Assembly (NCBI GenBank): GCA_964016885.1
Contig: OZ024744.1
Location: forward strand, 16,802,001 to 16,866,000
Length of the DNA: 64,000 nucleotides
Direction: 5' to 3'
DNA from: Eledone cirrhosa
Taxonomy: Eukaryota
The notes beneath the pieces were generated by a model that was not told the DNA's origin, made no database searches, and saw only the letters and a list, made by a program, of their open reading frames with translations. A program made the translations under genes and the position numbers. Positions 41,851 through 56,800 of this stretch are shown here, piece after piece. Within the stretch, counting starts at the first letter, position 1; the number at the start of each line of letters is the position of its first letter.

Positions 41851-44800
41851 TAGTACTTCCGCCATACAGTACTTTATACAGTGACTACATTGGTAGATGT
41901 TCTCTTCTAGTACTACTGTAGCTGTACTATCCTGTATACAGTGACTACATTGGTAGATGCTCTCATCTAGCTAATACTGTAGCTATACAGTCCTGTATAC
42001 AGGCCTACTTTGGTAGATGCTCTCCTCTAGTACTACTGTGGGAGTACAGTCCTCTATACAGTGACTACATTGGTAGATGCCCTCCTCTAGTACTACTGTA
42101 GCTGTACTGTCCTGTATACAGTGACTACATTGGTAGATGTTCTACTCAAGATCTACTGTGGCTATACAGTCCTGTATACAGTGACTACATTGGTAGATGT
42201 ACTCCTCTAGTACTAATGTGGCTGTACAGTCCTGTATACAGTGACTACATTGGTAGATGCTCTCCTCTAGTACTACTGTAGCTCTACAGTCCTGTATACA
42301 GTGACTACATTGGTAGATGCTCTCCTCTAGTACTACTGTATCTGTACAGTTCTGTATACAGTGACTACATTGGTAGATGTGCTCCTCTAGTACTACTGTA
42401 GCTGAACAGTCCTGTAGAGAGTGACTACAATGGGAGACGTTCTCCTCTTGTACAACTTTCGTTATAAAGTCTTGTATACAGTGACTACATTGGTAGATGA
42501 TCTCCTTTAGTACAACAGTGGCTGTACAGTCCTGTATACAGTGACTACATTGGTAGATGTTCTCCTCTAGTACTACTGTAGTGTACAGTCCTGTATACAG
42601 TGACTACATTGGTAGATGTTCTCCTCTAGTACTACTGTAGTGTACAGTCTTGGATATAGTGACTACATTGGTAGATGATCTCCTTTAGTACAACAGTGGC
42701 TGTACAGTCCTGTATACAGTGACTACATTGGTAGATGTTCTCCTCTAGTACTACTGTAGCTGTACAGTTCTGTATAGAGTGAGTACATTGGTAGATGTTC
42801 CCTAGTACTACTGTAGCTGTAGTCCTCTATACAGTGACTACATTGGTAGACGTTCTCCTCTTGTACAACTTACGCTATAACGTGTTGTATTCAGTGACTA
42901 CATTGGTAGATGTTCTCCTTTAGTACTACTGTAGCTGTTCAGTCATGTATACAGTGACTATATTGGTAGAAGTTCCCCTCTAGTACTGCTGTGACTGAAC
43001 AGTTCGGTATACAGTGACTATATTGGTAGATGTTACCCCCTAGTACAACTGTAGCTGTACAGTCCTGTATATAGTGACAACATTGGTGGATGTTTTCCTC
43101 TGGTACTACTGTAGCTGTACAGATTGTGTATACAGTGACTACATTGGTAGATGTTCTCCTCTATTACTACTGTAGCTGTACAGTCCTGTATACAGTGACT
43201 ATATTGGTAGATACTCTCTTCTAGTACTACTGTATCTCTACAGTCCTGTATACAGTGACTACATTGGTAGATACTCTCCTCTAGTACCATTGTGGCTGTA
43301 CAGTCCTGTATACAGTGACTACATTGGTAGATACTCTCCTCTAGTACCACTGTAGCTGTACTGTCCTGTATATAGTGACTACATTGGTAGATGCTCTCCT
43401 CTAGTACTGCTGTAACTGTAAAGTCCTGTATACAGTGACTACATTGGTAGATGTTCTCCTCTAGTACTACTGTAGCTGTACACTCCTGTATACAGTGACT
43501 ACATTGGTAGATGTTCTCCTCTAGTACTACTGTAGCTGTACAGTCCTGTATATAGTGACTACATTGGTAGATACTCTCCTCTAGTACTACTGTAGCTGTA
43601 CAGTCCTGTATACAGTGACTACATTGGTAGATGTTCTCCTCTAGTACTACTGTAGCTGTACAGTCCTGTATACAGTGACTACATTGGTAGATGTTCTCCT
43701 ATAGTACTACTGTAGCTGTACAAACCTGTATACAGTGACTACATTGGTAGATGTTCTCCTCTAGTACTACAGTAGCTGTACAGTCCTGTATATATAGTGA
43801 CTAAATTGGTAGATGTTCTCCTATTGTACTACTGTATCTGTACAGTTCTCTATACAGTGACTACATTGGTAGATGTTCTACTGTAGTACTACTGTAGCTG
43901 TACAGTCCTGTATACAGTGACTAAATTGGCAGATGCTCTCTAGTACCACTGTAGCTCTACAGTCCTGTATACAGTGATTACATTGGTAGATGTTCTCCTC
44001 TAGTACTACTGTAGCTATACAGTTCTGTATAAAGTGACTGCAGTGGTAGATGTTCTCCTCTAGTTTTACTGTATCTGTACAGTTCTGTATACAGTGATTA
44101 TATTCGTAAATGTTCTACTGTAGTACTACTGTAGCTGTACAGTCCTGTTATACAGTGATTACATTGGTAGATGTCCTTCTCTAGTACTACCGTATCTGTA
44201 CTCTCCTGTATACAGTGATTACATTGGTAGATGTTGTCCTCTAGTACTACTGTAGCTGTACAGTCCTGTATACACTGACTACATTGGTAGATGTTTTCCT
44301 CTTGTACTACTGTAGCTGTACTGTCCTGTATATATAGTGACTATATTGGTAGATGTTCTCCTCTAGTACTACTGTAGCTGTACAGTCCTGTATATATAGT
44401 GACTATATTGGTAGCTGTTCTCCTCTAGTACTATTGTAGCTCTACAGTCCTGTATACAGTGATTACATTGGTAGATGTTCTCTAGTAGTACAGTAGCTGT
44501 ACAGTCCTGTATAGAGTGACTACATTGGTAGATGTTCTCCTCTAGTACAACAGTGGCTGTACAGTCCTGTATAGAGTGACTACATTGGTAGATGGTCTCC
44601 TTTAGTACTGCTGTGGCTGTAGAGTCCTGTATAAAGTGACTACATTGGTAGATGTTTTCCTCTAGTACTACTGTGGCTGTACAGTCCTGTATACAGTGAC
44701 TACATTGGTAGATGTTCTCCTCTAGTACTACTGTATCTCTACAGTTCTGTATAGAGTGACTACATTGGTAGATACTCTCCTCTAGTACTACAGTAGCGGT

Positions 44801-47800
44801 ACAGTCCTGTATAGAGTGACTACATTGGTAGATGTTCTCCTCTTGTACGACTTTCGCTATAAAGTCTTGTATACAGTGACTACATTGGTAGATGCTCTCC
44901 TATAGTACAACAGTGGCTGTACAGTCCCGTATACAGTGACTACATTGGTAGATGTTCTCCTCTAGTACTACTGTAGTGTACAGTCATGGATATACTGACT
45001 ATATTGGTAGATGTTCTCCTCTAGTACAACAGTGGCTGTACAGTCCTGTATACAGTGATAAGATTGGTAGATGTTCTCCTCTAGTACGACTGTAGCTGTA
45101 CAGTAATGTATACAGTGATTACATTGGTAGATGTTCTCCTCTAGTACTACTGTAGCTGTACAGTCCTGTAAACAGTGACTACATTGATAATGTTCTCCTC
45201 TAGTACTACTGAAGCTGTGCAGTCCTGGATATAGTGAGTACATTGGTAGATGTTCTCCTCTAGTACTACTGTAGCTGTACAGTCCTTTATACAGTGAATA
45301 CATTGGTAGATGTTCTCCTCTAGTACTACTGTAGCTGTACAGTCCTGTATACACTGACTACATTGGTAGATGTTTTCCTCTTGTACTACTGTAGCTGAAC
45401 AGTGCTATATAGAGTGACTACATTGGTAGATGTTCTCCTCTTGTACGACTTTCGCTATAAAGTCTTGTATAGAGTGACTACATTGGTAGATGCTCTCCTA
45501 TAGTACAACAGTGGCTGTACAGTCCCGTATACACTGACTACATCGGTAGATGTTCTCCTCTAGTACTACTGTAGTGTCCATCTTGGATATACTGACTATA
45601 TTGGTAGATGTTCTCCTCTAGTACAACAGTGGCTGTACAGTCCTGTATACAGTGATAAGATTGGTAGATGTTCTCCTCTAGTACGACTGTAGCTGTACAG
45701 TCCTGTATACAGTGATCACATTGGTAGATGTTCTCCTCTAGTACTACTGTAGCTGTACAGTCCTGTATACAGTGACTACATTGGTAGATGTTCTCCTCTA
45801 GTACAACAGTGGCTGTACAGTCCTGTATACAGTGACTACATTGATAGACGTTCTCCTCTAGTACTACTGTAGCTGTGCAGTCCTGGATATAGTGACTACA
45901 TTGGTAGATACTCTCCTCTAGTACCACTGTGGCTGTACAGTCCTGTATACAGTGACTACACTGGTAGATGTTCTCCTCTAGTACTGCTGTAGCTGTGCAG
46001 TCCTGTATACAGTGACTACATTGGTAGATGTTCTCCTCTAATACTACTGTAGCTGTACAGTCCTGTATACAGTGATTAGATTGGTAGATGTTCTCCTCTA
46101 GTACTACTGTAGCATTACATTCCTGTATACAGTGACTACATTGGTAGATGTTCTCCTCTAGTACCACTGTGGCTGTACACTCCTGTATACAGTGACTACA
46201 TTGGTAGATACTCTCCTCTAGTACCACTGTAGCTGTACAGTCCTGTATATAGTGACTACATTGGTAGATGCTCTCCTCTAGTACTGCTGTAGCTGGATAG
46301 TCCTGTATACAGTGACTACATTGGTAGATGCTCTCCTCTAGTACTACTGTAGCTGTACAGTCCTGTATACAGTGACTACATTGGTAGATGTTCTCCTCTA
46401 GTACTACTGTAGCTGTACAGTCCTGTATACAGTGACTACATTGGTAGATATTCTCCTCTAGTACTACTGTATCTCTACAGTCCTGTATACAGTGACTACA
46501 TTGGTAGATGCTCTCCTCTAGTACTACTGTAGCTGTACAGTCCTGTATACAGTGACTACATTGGTAGATGCTCTCCTCTAGTACTACTGTAGCTGTACAG
46601 TCCTGTATACAGTGACTACATTGGTAGATGTTCTCCTCTAGTACTACTGTAGCTGTACAGTCCTGTATACAGTGACTACATTGGTAGATATTCTCCTCTA
46701 GTACTACTGTAGCTGTACCTTCCTGTATAGAGTGACTACATTGGTAGATGTTCTCCTCTAGTACTACTGTGGCTATACAGTCCTGTATACAGTGACTACA
46801 TTGGTAGATGTTCTCCTATAGTACTACTGTAGCTGTACAAACCTGTATACAGTGACTACATTGGTAGATGTTCTCCTCTAGTACTACAGTAGCTGTACAG
46901 TCCTGTATATATAGTGACTAAATTGGTAGATGTTCTCCTATTGTACTACTGTATCTGTACAGTTCTGTATACAGTGACTACATTGGTAGATGTTCTACTG
47001 TAGTACTACTGTAGCTGTACAGTCCTGTTATACAGTGATTACATTGGTAGATGTTCTGCTCTAGTACTACCGTATCTGTTCTCTCCTGTATACAGTGACT
47101 AAATTGGCAGATGCTCTCTAGTACCACTGTAGCTCTACAGTCCTGTATACAGTGATTACATTGGTAGATGTTCTCCTCTAGTACTACTGTAGCTATACAG
47201 TTCTGTATAAAGTGACTGCAGTGGTAGATGTTCTCCTCTAGTTTTACTGTATCTGTACAGTTCTGTATACAGTGATTATATTCGTAAATGTTCTACTGTA
47301 GTACTACTGTAGCTGTACAGTCCTGTTATACAGTGATTACATTGGTAGATGTCCTTCTCTAGTACTACCGTATCTGTACTCTCCTGTATACAGTGATTAC
47401 ATTGGTAGATGTTGTCCTCTAGTACGACTGTAGCTGTACAGTCCTGTATACACTGACTACATTGGTAGATGTTTTCCTCTTGTACTACTGTAGCTGTACT
47501 GTCCTGTATATATAGTGACTATATTGGTAGATGTTCTCCTCTAGTACTACTGTAGCTGTACAGTCCTGTATATATAGTGACTATATTGGTAGCTGTTCTC
47601 CTCTAGTACTATTGTAGCTCTACAGTCCTGTATACAGTGATTACATTGGTAGATGTTCTCTAGTACTACTGTATCTCTACAGTTCTGTATAGAGTGACTA
47701 CATTGGTAGATACTCTCCTCTAGTACTACAGTAGCTGTACAGTCCTGGATATAGTGAGTACATTGGTAGATGTTCTCCTCTAGTACTACTGAAGCTGTGC

Positions 47801-50800
47801 AGTCCTGGATATAGTGAGTACATTGGTAGATGTTCTCCTCTAGTACTACTGTAGCTGTACAGTCCTTTATACAGTAAATACATTGGTAGATGTTCTCCTC
47901 TAGTACTACTGTAGCTGTACAGTCCTGTATACACTGACTACATTGGTAGATGTTTTCCTCTTGTACTACTGTAGCTGAACAGTCCTATATAGAGTGACTA
48001 CATTGGTAGATGTTCTCCTCTTGTACGACTTTCGCTATAAAGTCTTGTATAGAGTGACTACATTGGTAGATGGTCTCCTATAGTACAACAGTGGCTGTAC
48101 AGTCCCGTATACACTGACTACATCGGTAGATGTTCTCCTCTAGTACTACTGTAGTGTCCATCTTGGATATACTGACTATATTGGTAGATGTTCTCCTCTA
48201 GTACAACAGTGGCTGTACAGTCCTGTATACAGGGATAAGATTGGTAGATGTTCTCCTCTAGTACGACTGTAGCTGTACAGTCCTGTATACAGTGATCACA
48301 TTGGTAGATGTTCTCCTCTAGTACTACTGTAGCTGTACAGTCCTGTATACAGTGACTACATTGGTAGATGTTCTCCTCTAGTACAACAGTGGCTGTACAG
48401 TCCTGTATACAGTGACTACATTGATAGACGTTCTCCTCTAGTACTACTGTAGCTGTGCAGTCCTGGATATAGTGACTACATTGGTAGATACTCTCCTCTA
48501 GTACCACTGTGGCTGTACAGTCCTGTATACAGTGACTACATTGGTAGATATTCTCCTCTAGTACTACAGTAGCTGTACAGTCCTGTATACAGTGACTACA
48601 TTGGTAGATATTCTCCTCTAGTACTACTGTGGCTGTACACTCCTGTATACAGTGACTACATTGGTAGATACTCTCCTCTAGTACCACTGTAGCTGTACAG
48701 TCCTGTATATAGTGACTACATTGGTAGATGCTCTCCTCTAGTACTGCTGTAGCTGGATAGTCCTGTATACAGTGACTACATTGGTAGATGCTCTCCTCTA
48801 GTACAACTGTAGCTGTACAGTCCTGTATACAGTGACTACATTGGTAGATGCTCTCCTCTAGTACTGCTGTAGCTGGATAGTCCTGTATACAGTGACTACA
48901 TTGGTAGATGCTCTCCTCTAGTACAACTGTAGCTGTACAGTCCCGTATAGAGTGACTACATCGGTAGATGTTCTCCTCTAGTACTACTGTAGTTGTACAC
49001 TCCTGTATACAGTGACTAAGTTGGTGGACACTCGCCTCTAGTACTGCTGCAGCTGTACAGTCCTGTATATAGTGACTACATTGGTAGACTCTCTCCTCTA
49101 GTACTGCTGTAGCTGTACAGTCCTGTATACAGTGACTACATTGGTAGATGTTCTCCTCTAGTACTACTTAAGGCTGTACAGTCTTATATACAGTGACTAC
49201 ATTGGTAGATCTTCTCCTCTAGTACTACTGTAGCTGATCAGTCATGTATACGGTGCCTATACTGGTAGATGTTCTCCTCTAGTACTACTGTAGCTGTACA
49301 GTCCTGTATAGAGTGACTACATTGGTAGATGCTCCCCTTTAGTACTACTGTAGCTGTACAGTCCTGTATACAGTGACTACATTGGTAGATGTTCTCCTCT
49401 AGTACTACTGTAGCTGTACAGTACTGTATGCAGTGACTACATTGGTGGATGTTCTCCTCTAGTACTACCGTAGCTGTACAGTCATGTATACAGTGACTAC
49501 AATGGTAGATGCTCTCCTCTAGTACTACTGTAGCTGTAAATTCATGTATAGAGTGACTACATTGGTAGATGCACTCCTCTAGTACTACTGTAGATGTACA
49601 GTCCTGTATACAGTGACTACATTGGTAGATGCTCTACTTTAGTACTACTGTAGCTGTACAGTCCTGTACACAGTGACTACATTGGTAGATGTTCTCCTCT
49701 AGCACTAATGTAGCTGTACAGTCCTGGATATAGTGACGACATTGGTAGATGTTCTCCTCTAGTACTACTGCAGCTGTACAGTCCTGTATACAGTGACTAC
49801 ACTGGTAGATGTTCTCCTCTAGTACTACTCTATCTCTACTGTCCTGTATACAGTGACTACATTGGTAGATACACTCCTCTAGTACAACAGTGGCTGTACT
49901 GTCCTGTATACAGAGAGTACATTGGTAGATGTTCTCCTCTAGTACTACTGTAGCTATACAGTCCTGTATACAGTGACTACATTGGTAGATGTTCTTCTCT
50001 AGTACTACTGTAGCTGTACAGTCCTGTATATAGTGAGTACATTGGTAGATGCTCTCCTCTAGTACTACCGTGGTAGATGTTCTCCTCTAGTAGTACTGTA
50101 GCTGTACAGTCCTGTATACAGTGACTACATTGGTAGATGTTCCCCTCTGGTACTACTGTAGCTGTACAGTCCTGTATACAGTGACTACATTGGTAGATGT
50201 TCTCCTCTAGTACTACTGTAGCTGTATAGTCCTGTATACAGTGACTACATTGGTAGATGATCTCCTCTAGAACTACTGTAGCTGTACAGTCCTGGATATA
50301 GTGACTACATTGGTAGATGCTCTCCTTTAGTACTGCTGTAGCTATACAGTCCTGTATACAGTGACTACATTGGTAGATGCTCTATTTAGTACTACTGTAG
50401 CTGTACAGTGCTGTATACGGTGACTACATTGGTAGATGCTCTCCTCTAGTACTACTGTAGCTGTACAGTCCTGTATACAGTGACTACATTGGTAGATGTT
50501 CTCCTCTAGAACTACTGTAGCTGTACAGTCCTGTATACAGTGACTACATTGGTAGATACACTCCACTAGTACAACACTGACTGTACAGTCTTGTATACAG
50601 TGACTACATTGGTAGATGTTCTCCGCTAGTACTACTGTAGCTGTATAGTTCTGTATACTGTGACTACATTGGGAGACGTTCTCCTCTTGTACAACTTTCG
50701 CTATAAAGTATTGTATACAGTGACTACATTGGTAGATGTTCTCCTCTAGTACTACTGTGGTTGTACAGTCCTGTATATAGTGACTACATTGGTAGATATT

Positions 50801-53800
50801 CTCCTCTAGTACTACTGTGGCTGTACAGTCCTGTATACAGTGACTACATTGGTAGATGTTCCTCTCTAGTACTGCTGTAGTTATACAGTCCTGTATACAG
50901 TGACTACATTGGTAGATGTTCCTCTCTAGTACTGCTGTAGTTATACAGTCCTGTATACAGTGACTACATTGGTTGATGCTCTCCTCTAGTACTACTGTAG
51001 CTGTACAGTCCTGTATAGAGTGAGTACATTGGTAGTTGTTCTCCTCTAGTACTACTGTAGCTGTACAGTCCTGTATACAGTGACTACATTGGTAGATGTT
51101 CTCCTCTAGTACTACTGTAGCTGTACAGTCCTGTATTTAGTGACTACATTGGTAGATGCTCTCCTCTAGTACTGCTGTAGCTGTACAGTCCTGTATACAG
51201 TGACTACATTGGTTGATGCTCTCCTCTAGTACTACTGTAGCTGTACAGTCCTGTATAGAGTGAGTACATTGGTAGATGTTCTCCTCTAGCACTACTGTAG
51301 CTGTATAGTTCTGTATACAGTGACTACATTGGTAGATGATCTCCTCTAGTACTACTGTATCTCTACAGTCCTGTATACAGTGACTACATTGGTAGATGTT
51401 CTACTCTAGTACAACAGTGGCTGTACACTCCTGTATACAGTGACTACATTGTTAGATGTTCTCCTCTAGTTCTACTGTATCTCTACAGTCCTGTATAGAG
51501 TGACTACATTGGTAGATACACTCCTCTAGTACAACAGTGGCTGTACAATCCTGTACACAGTGACTACATTGGTAGATGCTCTCCTTTAGTACTACTGTAG
51601 CTGTACAGTCCTGTATACAGCAACTACATTGGTAGATGCTCTCCTCTAGTACTACTGTAGCTGTACAGTCCTGTATACAGTGACTACATTGGTAGATGCT
51701 CTCCTCTAGTACTACTGTAGCTGTACAGCCCTGTATATAGTGACTACATTGGTAGATGTTCTCCTCTAGTACTACTGTAGCTGTTAAAGCCATGTATACA
51801 GTGACTACATTGGTGGATGTTCCCCCCTAGTACTGCTGTAGCTGTACAGTCATGTATACAGTGGCTACATTGGTAGATGTTCTCCTCTAGTACTACTGCA
51901 GCTGTACAGTCATGTATGCAGTGACTATATTGGCTCTAGACCTACTGTAACTATACAGTCCTGTATACAGTGACTACTATGGTAGATGTTCTCCTCTAGT
52001 ACTACTATAGCTATACTGTCATGTATACAGTGACAACATTGGTAGATACACTCCTCTAGTACAACAGTGGCTGTACAGTCCTGTACACAGTAACTACATT
52101 GGTAGATGTTCCCCTCTAGTACTACTGCAGCACTACAGTCCTGTATAGAGTGACTACATTGGTAAGTTTCTCCTCTAGTACTACTGTAGCTGTCAGTCAT
52201 GTTTACAGTGACTACATTGATAGATGCTCTCCTCTAGTACTACTGTTGATGTACAGTCCTGTATACAGTGACTACATAGGTAGATGTTCGCCTCTAGTAC
52301 TACTGTAGCTGTACAGTCCTGTATATAGTGACTACATTGGTAGATGTTCTCCTCTAGTACTACTGTAGCTGTATAGTTCTGTATACAGTGACTACATTGG
52401 TAGATGTTCTCCTCTAGAACTACTGTATCTGTACAGTCCTGGATATAGTGACTACATTGGTAGATGCTCTACTTTAGTACTACTGTAGCTGTACAGTCCT
52501 GTACACAGTGACTACATTGGTAGATGTTCCCCTCTAGTACTACTGCAGCACTACAGTCCTGTATACAGTGACTACATTGGTAATGTTCTCCTCTAGTACT
52601 ACTGTAGCTGTACAGTCATGTTTACAGTGACTACATTGGCAGATGCTCTCCTCTAGTACTACAATAGCTGTACAGTCCTGTATACAGTGACTACACTGGT
52701 AGATGTTCTCCTCTAGTACTACTCTATCTCTACTGTCCTGTATACAGTGACTACATTGGTAGATACACTCCTCTAGTACAACAGTGGCTGTACTGTCCTG
52801 TATATAGAGAGTACATTGGTAGATGTTCTCCTCTTGTACAACTTTCGCTATAAAGTATTGTATACAGTGACTACATTGGTAGATGTTCTCCTCTAGTACT
52901 ACTGTGGTTGTACAGTCCTGTATAGAGTGACTACATTGGTAGATGTTCTGCTGTAGTACTACTGTAGCTGTACAGTCCTGTATATAGTGACTACATTGGT
53001 AGATATTCTCTTCTAGTACTACTGTGGCTGTACAGTCCTGTATACAGTGACTACATTGGTAGATGTTCCTCTCTAGTACTGCTGTAGTTATACAGTCCTG
53101 TATACAGTGACTACATTGGTAGATGTTCCTCTCTAGTACTGCTGTAGTTATACAGTCCTGTATACAGTGACTACATTGGTTGATGCTCTCCTCTAGTACT
53201 ACTGTAGCTGTACAGTCCTGTATAGAGTGAGTACATTGGTAGTTGTTCTCCTCTAGTACTACTGTAGCTGTACAGTCCTGTATACAGTGACTACATTGGT
53301 AGATGTTCTCCTCTAGTACTACTGTAGCTCTACAGTCCTGTATACAGTGACTACATTGGTAGATGTTCTCCTCTAGCACTACTGTAGCTGTATAGTTCTG
53401 TATACAGTGACTACATTGGTAGATGTTCTCGTCCAGAACTACTGTAGCTCTACAGTCCTGGATATGGTGACTACATTGGTAGATGCTCTACTTTAGTACT
53501 ACTGTAGCTGTACAGTCCTGTATACAGTGACTACATTGGTAGATGTTGTCCTCTAGTACTACTGCAGCTGTACGGTCCTGTTTACAGTGACTACATTGGT
53601 AGATGTTCTCCTCTGGTACTACTGTATCTCTACAGTCCTGTATACAGTGACTACATTGGTAGATGTTCTCCTCTATTACTACTGCAGCTGTACAGTCCTG
53701 TATACAGTGACTACATTGGTAGATGTTCTACTCTAGTACTACTGTATGTCTAAAGTCCTGTATATAGTGACTAGACTGGTAGATACACTCCTCTAGTACA

Positions 53801-56800
53801 ACAGTGGCTGTGCAGACCTGTATACAGTGATTACATTGCGAAACGTTCTCCTCTCGTACAAATTTCGCTATAAAGTCTTGTATACAGTGACTACATTGGT
53901 AGATGTACTCCTCTAGTACTACTGTGGTTGTACAGTCCTGTATAGAATGACTACATTGGTAGATGTTCTCCTGTAGTACTACTGTAGCTGTACAGTCCTG
54001 TATACAGTGACTACATTGGTAGATGTTCTCCTCTAGTACTACTGTAGCTGTACAGTCCTGTATTTAGTGACTACATTGGTAGATGCTCTCCTCTAGTACT
54101 GCTGTAGCTGTACAGTCCTGTATACAGTGACTACATTGGTTGATGCTCTCCTCTAGTACTACTGTAGCTGTACAGTCCTGTATAGAGTGAGTACATTGGT
54201 AGATGTTCTCCTCTAGCACTACTGTAGCTGTATAGTTCTGTATACAGTGACTACATTGGTAGATGATCTCCTCTAGTACTACTGTATCTCTACAGTCCTG
54301 TATACAGTGACTACATTGGTAGATGTTCTACTCTAGTACAACAGTGGCTGTACACTCCTGTATACAGTGACTACATTGTTAGATGTTCTCCTCTAGTTCT
54401 ACTGTATCTCTACAGTCCTGTATAGAGTGACTACATTGGTAGATACACTCCTCTAGTACAACAGTGGCTGTACAATCCTGTACACAGTGACTACATTGGT
54501 AGATGCTCTCCTTTAGTACTACTGTAGCTGTACAGTCCTGTATACAGCAACTACATTGGTAGATGCTCTCCTCTAGTACTACTGTAGCTGTACAGTCCTG
54601 TATACAGTGACTACATTGGTAGATGCTCTCCTCTAGTACTACTGTAGCTGTACAGCCCTGTATATAGTGACTACATTGGTAGATGTTCTCCTCTAGTACT
54701 ACTGTAGCTGTTAAAGCCATGTATACAGTGACTACATTGGTGGATGTTCCCCCCTAGTACTGCTGTAGCTGTACAGTCATGTATACAGTGGCTACATTGG
54801 TAGATGTTCTCCTCTAGTACTACTGCAGCTGTACAGTCATGTATGCAGTGACTATATTGGCTCTAGACCTACTGTAACTATACAGTCCTGTATACAGTGA
54901 CTACTATGGTAGATGTTCTCCTCTAGTACTACTATAGCTATACTGTCATGTATACAGTGACAACATTGGTAGATACACTCCTCTAGTACAACAGTGGCTG
55001 TACAGTCCTGTACACAGTAACTACATTGGTAGATGTTCCCCTCTAGTACTACTGCAGCACTACAGTCCTGTATAGAGTGACTACATTGGTAAGTTTCTCC
55101 TCTAGTACTACTGTAGCTGTCAGTCATGTTTACAGTGACTACATTGATAGATGCTCTCCTCTAGTACTACTGTTGATGTACAGTCCTGTATACAGTGACT
55201 ACATAGGTAGATGTTCGCCTCTAGTACTACTGTAGCTGTACAGTCCTGTATATAGTGACTACATTGGTAGATGTTCTCCTCTAGTACTACTGTAGCTGTA
55301 TAGTTCTGTATACAGTGACTACATTGGTAGATGTTCTCCTCTAGAACTACTGTATCTGTACAGTCCTGGATATAGTGACTACATTGGTAGATGCTCTACT
55401 TTAGTACTACTGTAGCTGTACAGTCCTGTACACAGTGACTACATTGGTAGATGTTCCCCTCTAGTACTACTGCAGCACTACAGTCCTGTATACAGTGACT
55501 ACATTGGTAATGTTCTCCTCTAGTACTACTGTAGCTGTACAGTCATGTTTACAGTGACTACATTGGCAGATGCTCTCCTCTAGTACTACAATAGCTGTAC
55601 AGTCCTGTATACAGTGACTACACTGGTAGATGTTCTCCTCTAGTACTACTCTATCTCTACTGTCCTGTATACAGTGACTACATTGGTAGATACACTCCTC
55701 TAGTACAACAGTGGCTGTACTGTCCTGTATATAGAGAGTACATTGGTAGATGTTCTCCTCTTGTACAACTTTCGCTATAAAGTATTGTATACAGTGACTA
55801 CATTGGTAGATGTTCTCCTCTAGTACTACTGTGGTTGTACAGTCCTGTATAGAGTGACTACATTGGTAGATGTTCTGCTGTAGTACTACTGTAGCTGTAC
55901 AGTCCTGTATATAGTGACTACATTGGTAGATATTCTCTTCTAGTACTACTGTGGCTGTACAGTCCTGTATACAGTGACTACATTGGTAGATGTTCCTCTC
56001 TAGTACTGCTGTAGTTATACAGTCCTGTATACAGTGACTACATTGGTAGATGTTCCTCTCTAGTACTGCTGTAGTTATACAGTCCTGTATACAGTGACTA
56101 CATTGGTTGATGCTCTCCTCTAGTACTACTGTAGCTGTACAGTCCTGTATAGAGTGAGTACATTGGTAGTTGTTCTCCTCTAGTACTACTGTAGCTGTAC
56201 AGTCCTGTATACAGTGACTACATTGGTAGATGTTCTCCTCTAGTACTACTGTAGCTCTACAGTCCTGTATACAGTGACTACATTGGTAGATGTTCTCCTC
56301 TAGCACTACTGTAGCTGTATAGTTCTGTATACAGTGACTACATTGGTAGATGTTCTCGTCCAGAACTACTGTAGCTCTACAGTCCTGGATATGGTGACTA
56401 CATTGGTAGATGCTCTACTTTAGTACTACTGTAGCTGTACAGTCCTGTATACAGTGACTACATTGGTAGATGTTGTCCTCTAGTACTACTGCAGCTGTAC
56501 GGTCCTGTTTACAGTGACTACATTGGTAGATGTTCTCCTCTGGTACTACTGTATCTCTACAGTCCTGTATACAGTGACTACATTGGTAGATGTTCTCCTC
56601 TATTACTACTGCAGCTGTACAGTCCTGTATACAGTGACTACATTGGTAGATGTTCTACTCTAGTACTACTGTATGTCTAAAGTCCTGTATATAGTGACTA
56701 GACTGGTAGATACACTCCTCTAGTACAACAGTGGCTGTGCAGACCTGTATACAGTGATTACATTGCGAGACGTTCTCCTCTCGTACAAATTTCGCTATAA

